From: Candidatus Aminicenantes bacterium
Lineage (GTDB): Bacteria > Acidobacteriota > Aminicenantia > Aminicenantales > Saccharicenantaceae
Length of the DNA: 64,000 nt
Assembly (NCBI GenBank): GCA_963742235.1
Contig: CAVULT010000027.1
Location: forward strand, 158,635-222,634
Direction: 5' to 3'
Under the pieces are notes generated by a model. The model was not told the origin of the DNA. It made no database searches and saw nothing but the letters and a program-made list of their open reading frames with translations. Positions within the stretch are counted from its first letter, which is position 1. The number at the start of each line of letters is the position of its first letter. Both the position numbers and the translations under genes were made by a program. This document shows positions 50,119 to 60,472 of this stretch, in pieces.

Positions 50119-52503
50119 ATGACGAAGAGAATGGTTCTTGTCGGGGGCCTTCTCGTCGCCCTCGCGCTGCCGTTATCCACGGAGATCTTCTATCCCTGGA
50201 AGGAGACCTACGTCGGGGCTCTGGACGCGTCCGGATGGCCCGGTCTGGTCATCGCGCCGACCGGGGACGCGGCCTTCGCGTTCGTCTTGAGAGTCGAACG
50301 GGAAGGGGAGGCCGCGGAGGGCGGGGATTTCTACTATCTCGTCTCGGAGGTCGGCGCCCATTCTCCCGACGGGCTCTACGCCCGGATGCGATTCGACCTC
50401 GGGCTGCCGTTCAAGCTGGGCCGGGCGACGCCCATCCTGATGAAGCCATCGCCGCGCCGCCAGGCCCTGACCGTCGAGTGGTCCCGACGGGATGAAAAGA
50501 CGGTCATCGGCCGCATCGTCTGCCCCGAAGACGTCCGTGTCACCCTGGTCCATTATTTTCCCTGGGGCGGCAAGGGCGAGTTCAGGCTCCTGACCGACGG
50601 CCAGGTCCGCGGCCGCTCCGCGGTCGCGGCGAGCCCGGCCTACCTCATCTGGACCAGCCGGCCCGGCGAGGCCGCGGCCGCATCGCCCGGACGCCTCGCC
50701 CGGACCTATGTTCCGGGCGACGACCGCACCCTGGCGTTCGCGGCCGGCGTCGGGGACAACGAAGATCTCGTGGCCGCCCATCTTTATCGCTATCGGAACG
50801 CCGACGCGATCGGAGCGCTCATCGACGAGGAGGCCCAGGTCTACGAGGAGAAACGGGTCAAGATCCGCGGCCTCTACGCCGGCGTTCCCGAGGCGATCAC
50901 GAACAGCCTTCACTGGACGGTCCTCTACCAGCCGGGAAGCCACCGCCTCTACATTCCCGCGGGACGGAGCTGGATCTTTCCCCGCCCCGACGGCCGACCG
51001 GAGGATTGGACGGTCTACTCCGGCGGCGCCTTCCTGACGCCGCTCGCGCTCGCGCTCGAAAGCCAAAAGCTGGCCATCGACGCCCTCCGGGCCGTCCTCG
51101 AAACCCAGTATCCGAACGGCAACATCCCGAACTGGCGCAGCGGATCGAGCGGGTCCGGCGACAGGTCTCAGCCTCCGATCGGATCCTTTGTCGTCTTGAA
51201 GCTTTTCGAACGGCTGGGCGATATGGAGATGCTGCGTCAGGCCTATCCGTACCTCCAGCGCTGGCACGATTTCTGGACGGCGCCGCGGCCGAACGGCTCC
51301 CCCCGGCGGGACGGCAACGGCGACGGCCTGCTCGAATGGGGATCGGACGCCGCCCTCGTCGGCAAGAACGTCCCTTCGTGGGAAAAGAACGCCTCGGGGC
51401 GGATGAGGGCCGGGTGGGAATCCGGCCAGGACGACCTGCCGGACTGGGACGACGCTCCGTTCGATCAGGCTTCGGGCACGCTGGCGATGAACTGCGTCGA
51501 TCTGAACTCGCTTTACGCCCTGGACGCGTGGTGCCTCGGCGAGATCGCCGGTGTGCTCGCCCGTCCGGTCGACGTCGAGCGCTACCGGAACGAGTACGAG
51601 ACGATGAAATCGCTCATCAATGACAGGCTCTGGAACGAGAAGGAGGGCTTCTATTACGACCGCTACTGGGACGGCCGGTTCTCGACCCACAAGCCCGCGT
51701 CGGGATTCTTCCCCCTCCTCGCCCGGATCCCGGATGACGCCCGGGCACAGCGGATGCTCAAGCACCTCCTCGACGCCAGGCAGTTCTGGGGCGACTTCAT
51801 CATCCCCTCGATCTCCCGGGACGACCCGGCCTTTCGGCCCGAAAGCCAGCAGTCCTGGCGCGGCGCGGTCCGGCCGGCGACGAGCTATCTCGTTTATCAG
51901 GGGCTCAAGGCCTACGGCTTCGACGCCGTGGCCTCCGAGTTCGCCCGCAAAAGCGCCGAGATGTTCCTGAGAAGCTGGCGGAGCTTCGGCCTCTCCCCGG
52001 AGAATTTCGATTGCCTGACCGGAGAGGCGGGGGGCGACCGGTACCAGAGCGGCGGACCTCTGGCCGCTCTCATGGCGGTCGAGGAATATCTCGACTTCAC
52101 CCCTCACGAAGGCTTCCGCTTCGGCATGCTCAAGCCGGACGCCAAGGGCAGGCTGTCGAGGGTCCTTGTCCAGGGCCGCCACTACGAGGTCGAGGTCTCG
52201 AACTCGTCGACCATCCTGCGCGAAGAGGGGGAGACGCTCCTGTCCGTCGACGGCGGCGCGGTCGTCCGCCGCTTCCTTTACAACGAGTCGGAAGTGTCAT
52301 TCGCCATCAAGAGCCTGAAGCGGCGCGAGGTCCGGCTGCGCTTCCTGAAAAAAGGGAAATACCAGCTGCTCGTCGACGGCCGCGAAGTGGACGTTTTTTC
52401 GTCCAGCGGGAGCAAGTTCGAGGTGCCCGAGGGCGATCATACGATCCTCGTCCAGCTCCTCGAGGACCTCGAGAAGCAGAACGGGAGCCCGACGTCCCCT
52501 TGA
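50119..52503 (+). CDS. GH63-like (alpha/alpha)6-barrel glycoside hydrolase (YgjK/MGH-like), secreted
   Basis: 794 aa with a signal peptide; N-terminal beta-rich region plus a C-terminal (alpha/alpha)6 region with acidic-residue patterning like GH63/GH37. The family call is from memory. Confidence 0.5.
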   Translation: MTKRMVLVGGLLVALALPLSTEIFYPWKETYVGALDASGWPGLVIAPTGDAAFAFVLRVEREGEAAEGGDFYYLVSEVGAHSPDGLYARMRFDLGLPFKLGRATPILMKPSPRRQALTVEWSRRDEKTVIGRIVCPEDVRVTLVHYFPWGGKGEFRLLTDGQVRGRSAVAASPAYLIWTSRPGEAAAASPGRLARTYVPGDDRTLAFAAGVGDNEDLVAAHLYRYRNADAIGALIDEEAQVYEEKRVKIRGLYAGVPEAITNSLHWTVLYQPGSHRLYIPAGRSWIFPRPDGRPEDWTVYSGGAFLTPLALALESQKLAIDALRAVLETQYPNGNIPNWRSGSSGSGDRSQPPIGSFVVLKLFERLGDMEMLRQAYPYLQRWHDFWTAPRPNGSPRRDGNGDGLLEWGSDAALVGKNVPSWEKNASGRMRAGWESGQDDLPDWDDAPFDQASGTLAMNCVDLNSLYALDAWCLGEIAGVLARPVDVERYRNEYETMKSLINDRLWNEKEGFYYDRYWDGRFSTHKPASGFFPLLARIPDDARAQRMLKHLLDARQFWGDFIIPSISRDDPAFRPESQQSWRGAVRPATSYLVYQGLKAYGFDAVASEFARKSAEMFLRSWRSFGLSPENFDCLTGEAGGDRYQSGGPLAALMAVEEYLDFTPHEGFRFGMLKPDAKGRLSRVLVQGRHYEVEVSNSSTILREEGETLLSVDGGAVVRRFLYNESEVSFAIKSLKRREVRLRFLKKGKYQLLVDGREVDVFSSSGSKFEVPEGDHTILVQLLEDLEKQNGSPTSP

Positions 52504-52519
52504 AAGAGGAGAGTTCATC

Positions 52520-53593
52520 ATGACGCGTTATTCGAGACGGAATTTCCTGAAGACGGGCGCCGGGGCCGGCGCGGCGGCGCTCTTTGCGGGACGGCTGGCG
52601 CCGGGGGCCGCCGTCGAACGATCTCCGGCCGCCGCCCCGGGGACGCCTCGGGTCGTGTCGAGCGGCAACGGCATCCGGGCCACGGCCAGGGCCATGGACG
52701 TGCTCCGGGCCGGAGGCGACCCTCTCGACGCCGTCATCGCCGGGGTCAATATCGTCGAGGACGACCCGGACGACATGTCCGTCGGCTACGGCGGCCTGCC
52801 CAACGAGGACGGCGTGGTCGAGCTCGATTCGTCGGTCATGTACGGCCCGACCCATTCCGCCGGCGCCGTGGCCGCGCTCCGGAACATCAAGAATCCGTCC
52901 AAAGTGGCCCGGCTGGTCATGGAGCGGACGGACCACGTCCTCATCGTCGGCGAAGGGGCGCTCCGGTTCGCCAAGGCCCACGGCTTCAAGGAGGAGGACC
53001 TCCTGACCGAGAAGTCGCGGGCGGCCTGGCTCCGCTGGAAGGAGACGATGTCGGACCGGGACAACTGGTTCCCTCCGAAGACCGAGAGCCTGCCCGAGGA
53101 CCTGCGCTCGGTGATGAGCACCCACGGCACGATCAACTGCATCGCCATCGACGCCGCCGGGCGTCTGGCCGGTGTGACGACGACGAGCGGCCTGTCCTGG
53201 AAGATCGCCGGACGGGTCGGGGATTCGCCCATCATCGGGGCGGGGCTCTATGTCGACAACGAGATCGGGGCCGCCGGCTCGACCGGACGGGGTGAGGCCA
53301 ACCTCCAGACCTGCGCCAGCTTCCGCATCGTCGACGCCATGGGCCGGGGGAAAAGTCCGGAGCAGGCCTGCCTCGAGGCCTGCCAGGCGGTCGTCGCCAA
53401 GACCAAGCTCGTGCCCCGGCTGTGCGACGACCAGGGCCGTCCGAACTTCGGGCTCGATTTCTACGCCCTCAACAAAAAGGGCGAATTCGGCGCGGCCGGC
53501 CTCTACCAGGGCGGGAAGTCCGCGGTCCATGACGGCGTCGAGAACAAGCTCCGCGACATCGCCTATCTCTACAAGCGGGAGAGCGGCCGCTGA
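52520..53593 (+). CDS. N4-(beta-N-acetylglucosaminyl)-L-asparaginase / isoaspartyl peptidase (Ntn-hydrolase asparaginase-2 family), Tat signal
   Basis: Tat motif RRNFLKTGAGAGAAALFA; autoprocessing/nucleophile site HGTINCIAID; GAGLYVDNEIGAAGSTG. Confidence 0.7.
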   Translation: MTRYSRRNFLKTGAGAGAAALFAGRLAPGAAVERSPAAAPGTPRVVSSGNGIRATARAMDVLRAGGDPLDAVIAGVNIVEDDPDDMSVGYGGLPNEDGVVELDSSVMYGPTHSAGAVAALRNIKNPSKVARLVMERTDHVLIVGEGALRFAKAHGFKEEDLLTEKSRAAWLRWKETMSDRDNWFPPKTESLPEDLRSVMSTHGTINCIAIDAAGRLAGVTTTSGLSWKIAGRVGDSPIIGAGLYVDNEIGAAGSTGRGEANLQTCASFRIVDAMGRGKSPEQACLEACQAVVAKTKLVPRLCDDQGRPNFGLDFYALNKKGEFGAAGLYQGGKSAVHDGVENKLRDIAYLYKRESGR

Positions 53594-53614
53594 CGCCGCG
53601 CGCCGCCCAGGGCG

Positions 53615-54304
53615 TCACTCGCGGACGATGATGACGGGATAGCCCTCGCCCGCCAGGCGCCGGGCCAATCCAATGGCTTCGCCTTCGCTCGTCCTGACAC
53701 GAACCCGGAAATATGCGCCGCGGTCGGTCTGCAGGCGGGTGACCGCGACGCCCGGGTAGGCGCCGTCGAGGCGGCGCTTGATGGCATAAGCATTCTCTTG
53801 GACCGAGAAGGCGCCGACCTGGATCCAGACCGTCGAATTTCCGGAGTCATCAGGCGCCTTGAAGCCGCGCAGGGTCTCCAGCCGGACGCGGGCCGTCCCC
53901 GGACCGACGATCCCCAGAACCCTGGCCGCCGCGTAGGACAGGTCGATGATCCTGCCCCGGACGAACGGCCCCCGATCGTTGATCCGGACGACGGCCGAAC
54001 GGTCGTTGGCCAGGTTCGTGACCATGACGTAGGTCCCGAACGGCAGGCTCCTGTGGGCGGCGGTCAGGTCGTTCATGTCGAAGACTTCCCGGCTCGAGGT
54101 CGGCCGGCCGTGGAATTCCTGTCCGTACCAAGAAGCGACGCCGGTTTCGATGCCGGCTTCGACGCCGGGCCTCGGTCCCCGCGGCAGGCGGGAACAGGCG
54201 GCGACGCCCAGGGCCAGGACCGCCGCGATCAGGGCGGCTGCCGCCGGGGTCCGCCGCGAGGCTTTCTTCGGCCCGGCCGGTCCGGCGCCGCGAGGCTCAG
54301 CCAA
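53615..54304 (-). CDS. rlpA: Septal-ring lytic transglycosylase RlpA-family lipoprotein (DPBB + SPOR)
   Basis: Lipobox LGVAAC; DPBB motif ASWYG...GRPT..GE.F; C-terminal SPOR-like domain (WIQVGAFS). Confidence 0.75.
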   Translation of the reverse strand: MAEPRGAGPAGPKKASRRTPAAAALIAAVLALGVAACSRLPRGPRPGVEAGIETGVASWYGQEFHGRPTSSREVFDMNDLTAAHRSLPFGTYVMVTNLANDRSAVVRINDRGPFVRGRIIDLSYAAARVLGIVGPGTARVRLETLRGFKAPDDSGNSTVWIQVGAFSVQENAYAIKRRLDGAYPGVAVTRLQTDRGAYFRVRVRTSEGEAIGLARRLAGEGYPVIIVRE

Positions 54305-55097
54305 GGGACTCCGTGAGCCTTCTTTTGAGATAGGTGAAGGCCTCGCGCGGCGTCGACACGATGCGGAAGAGGCTCAGATCGTCGGCGCAGATCGCGCCCT
54401 TCTTGACCATGGAATCGAACTTGATCAGGTCCCGCCAGTAGTCGCCGCCATAGAGGACCAGGGCCATCTCCTTCTTCGAGATCTTGCTTGTCTGAAGAAG
54501 GGTGAGGATCTCGAAGAACTCGTCGAGGGTGCCGTAGCCGCCGGGAAAGGCGATGACCGCCTTGGCCTTGTAGGTCAGCCAGAACTTCCGCATGAAGAAA
54601 TAATAGAAGGAGAAGGACAGGTCGGGCGTGATGTACGCGTTCGGGTTCTGCGGCTGGGGGAGCGAGATGTTCATGCCGATCGTTTTGCCGCCGGCCCGCA
54701 TCGCGCCGCGGTTGGCCGCTTCCATGATGCCCGGCCCGGCCCCGGTGCAGACGACGAAATCCTTGCCCTTCGGCGTCTTGAGGCCGATGGCCCACTTGGC
54801 CAGGAGGTAGGCCAGCTCTTCGGCTTCCCAGTAATAGCGATAGAAGGCCGAGTCGGCGTTGGTCGGGTCGGCCTTGGCCGATCCCAGGAAGAGGATCGTG
54901 CTGTTGATCCTGGCCTTGTCCAGCCGGGTCATCGGGCTGAGATACTCGCTGAGGATGCGGAGGGTCCGTCCCTCCAGGGACTCCAGGAACTCGGGATCGC
55001 GGAAGGATTCCTCGGGGCGCTCGGTTTTCTTCATGGTCGGATCGGCCTCCTTGTACGGGCTCGAACGGATTCTAGCAAATTCCTTCGCTTTCCCCAA
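54297..55097 (-). CDS. LOG-family protein (cytokinin riboside 5'-monophosphate phosphoribohydrolase-like)
   Basis: PGGYGTLDEFFE motif and TGAGPGIMEAANRGA; the start may be the internal MKKTERPEE. Confidence 0.7.
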   Translation of the reverse strand: MGKAKEFARIRSSPYKEADPTMKKTERPEESFRDPEFLESLEGRTLRILSEYLSPMTRLDKARINSTILFLGSAKADPTNADSAFYRYYWEAEELAYLLAKWAIGLKTPKGKDFVVCTGAGPGIMEAANRGAMRAGGKTIGMNISLPQPQNPNAYITPDLSFSFYYFFMRKFWLTYKAKAVIAFPGGYGTLDEFFEILTLLQTSKISKKEMALVLYGGDYWRDLIKFDSMVKKGAICADDLSLFRIVSTPREAFTYLKRRLTESLG

Positions 55098-55209
55098 GAG
55101 CGGCGTCCGAGCTTCAGGAAAATGGGGACGAGTAAAAGAACGAGGCCGGGCTCGACGTTTTGACTTGGAGAAAGGCGTATGTTATCAATAGTCGCGAAAG
55201 GACGGCCTG

Positions 55210-55944
55210 ATGGATAACGTTCGGACGAAGCTCGAATCGCTCGAATACCCGGGACGGCTCATCGTCATCGGCGCGGCTCCCGAGGGCGGCCAGGCCGCGA
55301 TCATCTACGCCATCACCGGGCGCTCGCCCTCGAGCCAGGCCCGCAGGCTGGTCCTGCGCGACGGCGGGATCTGGGTCGAGCCGACCGACGAGGCCACCTT
55401 GAAACAGGGGAATGTCGATCTCCTCGTCTATCCGGCCGTCCTGTTCGGCCGGGCGGGCCTGGCCGTTTCGAACGGCAAGCAGACGACCGACATCCGCGAC
55501 CGGCTCGCTTCAGGCGCCGAGCCCGTTCCGGCGCTCGCGGCGGCCCTGGCCTCATGGGACTTCGAGCCCGACGCCCCGATCTTCACCCCGCGGATCAGCG
55601 GCTGTCTCGTCGGCGGCGCCGCCGGCTTGAGCGTCCTCCGGCGCGGGCCTTCGGGGGAAACCCTGCGCAGCTACTTCGAGGCCGGCCTGCTCCCGGGAGA
55701 AGGGCGGCTCGTGTCCACCTACGAGGGACCGAACGACGATCCTCTGCCCGTCTTTCGCGGCGAGCCTCGATTCGTCGACCTCGCCGGCTCCACGGCCGCG
55801 GAAACCGCGGAATCGGCTTACCGGGACCTGGGCCCGGAGCCGTCGGGGAGGGACTTCCGGGTCGCCGTAGCCTGCGTCTTCGCTTCGCCCGGCGAGCCCG
55901 ACAAGGCCGACATCCGCATCATCAACAGGCACGAAAGGACATGA
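55210..55944 (+). CDS. purO: IMP cyclohydrolase, archaeal PurO type
   Basis: YPGRLIVIG...IYAITGRS and AVSNGKQTTDIRD match PurO hallmarks (MYLGRILAVG...YRVSSRS, VVSNGSHTDTI) as recalled from M. jannaschii. Confidence 0.65.
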   Translation: MDNVRTKLESLEYPGRLIVIGAAPEGGQAAIIYAITGRSPSSQARRLVLRDGGIWVEPTDEATLKQGNVDLLVYPAVLFGRAGLAVSNGKQTTDIRDRLASGAEPVPALAAALASWDFEPDAPIFTPRISGCLVGGAAGLSVLRRGPSGETLRSYFEAGLLPGEGRLVSTYEGPNDDPLPVFRGEPRFVDLAGSTAAETAESAYRDLGPEPSGRDFRVAVACVFASPGEPDKADIRIINRHERT

Positions 55945-55948
55945 CCCG

Positions 55949-57028
55949 ATGAGCAAGCCCGAGCGCACCGCGCGCAGCCAGTACCTGACCAAGGTCCGGG
56001 AGGACTTTCCGGACACGCTCCAAGTGGGCGAGGACACGTTCGTCAAGAAGTTCCCCATGCGCTACGGCGAGAATCCCGGCTACCCGGCCGCCTTTTATCA
56101 GGAAGCCGGCGCGTCGGGACCGAACATGGCCAGGCTCGATATCCTTCAGGAAGGAACGAAAGGCCTGAGCTACATCAACGTCGGGGACATGGACCTCGGG
56201 CAGCGTCTGGCGCGCAAGCTCACCCAGGTCTTCCCCGGCCGCCACGTCTGCGTCATCATCAAGCACGAGATGCCGAGCGGCGTCGCCCTCGGCGACGATC
56301 CGGTCGGGACGTTCGAAAAAGCCTGGAAGTGCGACTCGCTTTCCAACTTCGGCGGCGTCGACGTCTTCAGCTACCGCGTCACGGCGCCCCTGGCCCGCCT
56401 CCTCGTCGAAAGCCCGCGCAACGTCGAGGTCGTCTACGCTCCCGATTTCGAGCCGGCGGCGCTCGAGGTGCTGGCGACGCGCAAGGTCCTCCGGGTGGTC
56501 CGGATGGGCGCGCCCCTCGAAGCGCCGTCCGTCGACAACGGACTCGAGATCAAGAGGGTGGCCGGCGGCCTGCTTCTCCAGAAGAGGTTCGATTCCAGGA
56601 TCGTCTCGCCCGAGTCGGTGGATGTGGTCTCGGTGCGCAAGCCGACCCCCGAGGAGGTCCGGGCGGCGCTCTTCACCTGGACGGTGGCCTGCTTTACCCG
56701 GTCCAACGCCGTCATCATCGGCACCTCCGACAAGACCCACGGCATCGGCTCCGGCCAGCGAAGCCGGATCGATTCCGCCGAAGATGCCATCCGGCTCTCG
56801 CGCCGCGGCTACGGCCCGGAGGGCTGCGTCATGGCCTCCGACGCGTTCATGCCCTTCCCCGACGTCGTCGAGCTCGCCGGAAAGCACGGCATCACGGCCG
56901 TCATCTATCCCCTTGGCTCGGTCAAGGACCAGGAGGTCATCGACAAGGCCAACGAGCTCGGGCTGGCCATGATCATCACCCGGAAGCCGGGCGAGCTCGA
57001 TTCGGAGCGCTGCTTCCTCCACCGGTGA
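55949..57028 (+). CDS. purH: AICAR transformylase (PurH formyltransferase domain only; no MGS/IMP-cyclohydrolase domain)
   Basis: 359 aa matching the AICARFT half of PurH (GGLLLQ, ASDAFMPF, GITAVIYPLGS). The N-terminal IMPCH domain is absent, and purO sits immediately upstream. Confidence 0.7.
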   Translation: MSKPERTARSQYLTKVREDFPDTLQVGEDTFVKKFPMRYGENPGYPAAFYQEAGASGPNMARLDILQEGTKGLSYINVGDMDLGQRLARKLTQVFPGRHVCVIIKHEMPSGVALGDDPVGTFEKAWKCDSLSNFGGVDVFSYRVTAPLARLLVESPRNVEVVYAPDFEPAALEVLATRKVLRVVRMGAPLEAPSVDNGLEIKRVAGGLLLQKRFDSRIVSPESVDVVSVRKPTPEEVRAALFTWTVACFTRSNAVIIGTSDKTHGIGSGQRSRIDSAEDAIRLSRRGYGPEGCVMASDAFMPFPDVVELAGKHGITAVIYPLGSVKDQEVIDKANELGLAMIITRKPGELDSERCFLHR

Positions 57029-57095
57029 GGAAGAGCGGACCCCGATGCCGCCGCGGGCCCGGACACCCCGTCACCCGGACGGGTGCTGCCATGGG

Positions 57096-58490
57096 CGAGA
57101 AGATCTCCCGGAGCCTGTGCGCCCTGACCCTCGCCCTCGTGGCCGCCGGAGCCGCCGCGGCCGCCGGTCGCGGGGACGCTCAGGACTACCGGGCGATCGC
57201 CGACAGGCTCCGAGAATCAGGCCTCGTCCGCCGAGCGGGCCTTCGCCCTTCTCGAGAGGATCACCTCGGTCGGCCCGAGGCTGACCGGCTCTCCCCAGGC
57301 CGCGGCCGCGGTCGATCTCACGCGGGGCCTTATGGAGGAGCTCGGCCTGGCGCGCGTCCATACCGAGCCGGTCGAGGTCGGTCATTGGACCCGGGGGCAT
57401 CCCGCCGAGGCCTCCGATCGCCGCATCGGCGACGCGCGCCGCCATCCCTCTGGCCGTCTGCGCCCTCGGCGGAAGCGTCGGCACGCCGGACCGGGGGATC
57501 ACCGCCCCGGTCGTCGAAGTCCGCTCTCTGGCCGAAGCCGCCTCGCTCGGCGCGTCAGCCAAGGGCAGGATCGTGTTCTTCAACAGGCCGATGGACCGGC
57601 GCGCGGCGGACCCGTTCGCGGCCTACGGCGCGGCCGCCGACCAGCGCGTCGGGGGGGCTTCGGCCGCGGCCCGGTGCGGCGCGGCGGCCGTCCTGGTCCG
57701 GTCGCTCACGTTCCGCGAGGACCGCAACCCCCATACGGGCATGTTGCGCTACGACCCCGACGCGCCGGCCGTTCCCGCCGCCGCGGTCGGCACGGCGGAC
57801 GCCGATCTCCTCAGCTCGCTCCTCAAAAAAGAGAACGGCCTGACCGTCTCTCTGCGGATGGACTGCCGCGACGAGGGGAAGGTCCTGTCGGCCAACGTCG
57901 TCGGCGAGATCACGGGTTCGGAGCTTCCCTCCGAGATCGTCCTCCTCGGCGGGCACCTCGACAGCTGGGACCTCAGCGTCGGCGCCCACGACGACGCCGC
58001 GGGCTGCGCCGAGGCGCTCGAAGCGCTGGCTCTGCTCCGCGACCTCGGCCTGCGGCCGCGCCGGACCATCCGGGCCGTTCTGTTCATGGACGAGGAGTTC
58101 GGCGGCACGGGCGGCCGGGCCTACGCCGCGTCGCCGCAGAGGAAGGGCGAGAAGCACCTGCTCGCCGCCGAATCGGACCGGGGCGGCTTTGTCCCGATCG
58201 GCCTGGCGGCCGGACAGGACCGGAAAGTCCTCGAGCGGATCTCGCCGTACGCGGAACTCCTCAGGCCGTTCGGGGTCTCGTTCATCGTCCCGGGCGGAGG
58301 AGGCGTGGACGTCGCGCCTCTCATCGCAGGCGGGGCGGTCCCGGCCGCCGTCCTGGTCAATTCCCAGACCTATTTCGACGTCCACCATTCCGCTCTCGAT
58401 AGCGTAGCGAGCGTCGAGCCGCGGGAGCTCGAGCTCCAGGCCGTCGTCCTCGCCGTCCTGGCCTACATCCTGGCCCAGGAAGGCCTCTGA
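57096..58490 (+). CDS. M28-family aminopeptidase, at least 3 frameshifts
   Basis: Signal peptide MGEKISRSLCALTLALVAAGAAAAAG, then pieces in the 57332 and 57573 frames; metal-ligand regions GGHLDSWD and FMDEEFGG. Confidence 0.55.
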
Positions 58491-58504
58491 GCGCAGGAGA
58501 CCGC

Positions 58505-60380
58505 ATGAACGATCTCACGTTTCTTTTCGCCGTCCACAACCATCAGCCCGTCGGGAACTTCCCGGAGATCTTCAAGGCGGCCTTCAAGGATTGCTACCGG
58601 CCGCTCCTCGAATCCCTGGCCGGCCATCCGGGCTTCCGCTTCGCCCTTCATTTCTCCGGCCCCCTCTGGGAATACATGGAGAAGAGAGAACGGGCCTGTT
58701 GGGACCTCGTCCGGGAGCTTTCCGGCCGGGGCCAGGTCGAGCTGCTCAGCGGCGGATTCTATGAGCCGGTCCTGTCCATCATCCCCGAGGAGGACCGCAT
58801 CGGGCAGATCCTCATGATGAACGACTTTCTCAGTGAGAATTTCGGTCAGCGGCCTCGCGGCCTGTGGCTGACGGAGCGCGTCTGGGAACCGGACCTGCCG
58901 CGAACCCTGGCGGCGGCGGCGATCGAGTTCACCCTCCTCGATGAAGAGCACTTTCACTATGCGGGCGTCCGCAACCTGGCCACGACCTACATCACCGAGA
59001 GCGAAGGCCGGAGCCTGCGCGTCTTCCCGATCGACAAAACCCTGCGCTATGACATCCCGTTCCATTCCCTCGAGGACGTCGGGGCCTATCTCGGCACGAT
59101 CCGCGAAGCGGGCGGGACGGCCATTCTCGGCGACGACGGAGAGAAGTTCGGGGTCTGGCCCGGAACGCACAAGTTGGTTTACGAGGACGGCTGGCTCGAG
59201 AAGTTCCTGGTCTTCATCGAGGAGAAGAAGATCCGGATGATGTCCTTCGCCGAATACCTGGACAGCCATCCTCCTTCGGGGCGGGTCTATCTCCCTCCGG
59301 CCTCCTATGAAGAGATGATGGAGTGGGTCCTCGAGCCGGACGAGCAGGCGGCTTTTCGAAGGCTCAAGGAGGGCGCCGGCCCTGAAGCGCGCCGCTTCCT
59401 CCGCGGCGGCTTCTTCCGTGATTTCTGCCGCAAGTACAAGGAGGCCAATCACCTCCATAAGCGGATGCTCATGGTCTCCCGGGAGGTGCGCGCCGCCGGA
59501 GGCTCCGGCCGCCGGCCTCCGCCAGCTCTACAGGGGTCAGTGCAACGACCCCTACTGGCACGGCGTCTTCGGGGGCCTGTACCTGCCCCATCTCCGCGAG
59601 GCCGCTTATAGCCACCTGCTCGACGCCGAAAAGACAGCGCCCGATCCGTCGGGCTGGAAGGTCCTGGACTACGATTGCGACGGACGGGACGAGCTCGCCT
59701 TCCGCGACCCGACGTTCGGGCTCCTGGCCAAGCCCTCGGCCGGCGGGACGCTCGTCGAGATCGACCACCGGCCGCGGTCGCGGAATCTGTCCGATGTCCT
59801 CAGCCGGCGGCCGGAAGCCTACCACCGCGCGGCGGAGCCGGCGGGGGACGGATCGGGGAGCGGCAAGAGCATCCACGAGCTCGCCAAGAAGCTGCCGCCG
59901 GAGACGGCCGAGCTCATGCGCTACGATTGGTATCCGCGTTACTCGCTGATCGACCATTTCTTCCGCCCCGGGACGACCCCCGACGATTTCCGCAGGATCG
60001 ATTTCGGCGAGCAGGGCGACTTCGTCGACGGCGAATACTCGTTCGAGGCCTCCGGGGCGAGCGCTCCGGCTCGAGCGCCGGGGAGCCGTCTGGGCGGGGG
60101 AGGAGAGGGTCCCGCTGGCCGTCCGCAAGACGGTGCGCCTGCTCCGACGGCGAGGTCCGCGTCGACATCGAGGTCGAGAACCTCTCCGGAAAGCCGCTCG
60201 ATCGTGACCTACGGGTCCGAATGGAACCTCCTCGCCTTTCCCGCACGAGATCGAGCTTCTCGGCGCGAACGGCGCGGCGCTCTACGGCGGGGACGTTCGA
60301 GTTCGAACCCGCGGGAGCCGACGCGGTCTGGGCGTTCGCCCTGCGCACGCTCTCCCAATCCGAGGAGGGATTTGATATAA
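58505..60380 (+). CDS. GH57-family alpha-glucan-active enzyme (alpha-amylase / 4-alpha-glucanotransferase type), multiple frameshifts
   Basis: N-terminal MNDLTFLFAVHNHQPVGNF and ...WLTERVWEP are GH57 hallmarks; the continuation shifts frame near 59500 and again near 60130-60250. Confidence 0.55.
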
Positions 60381-60472
60381 TCCATCAAGGATATTGTCTT
60401 CTGCCCGTGTGTGGTCGTTGGGATGGACGGGGAATGGAACGAAGCGCCTGTCCGTCGTCTTGAAGGAGCGCG

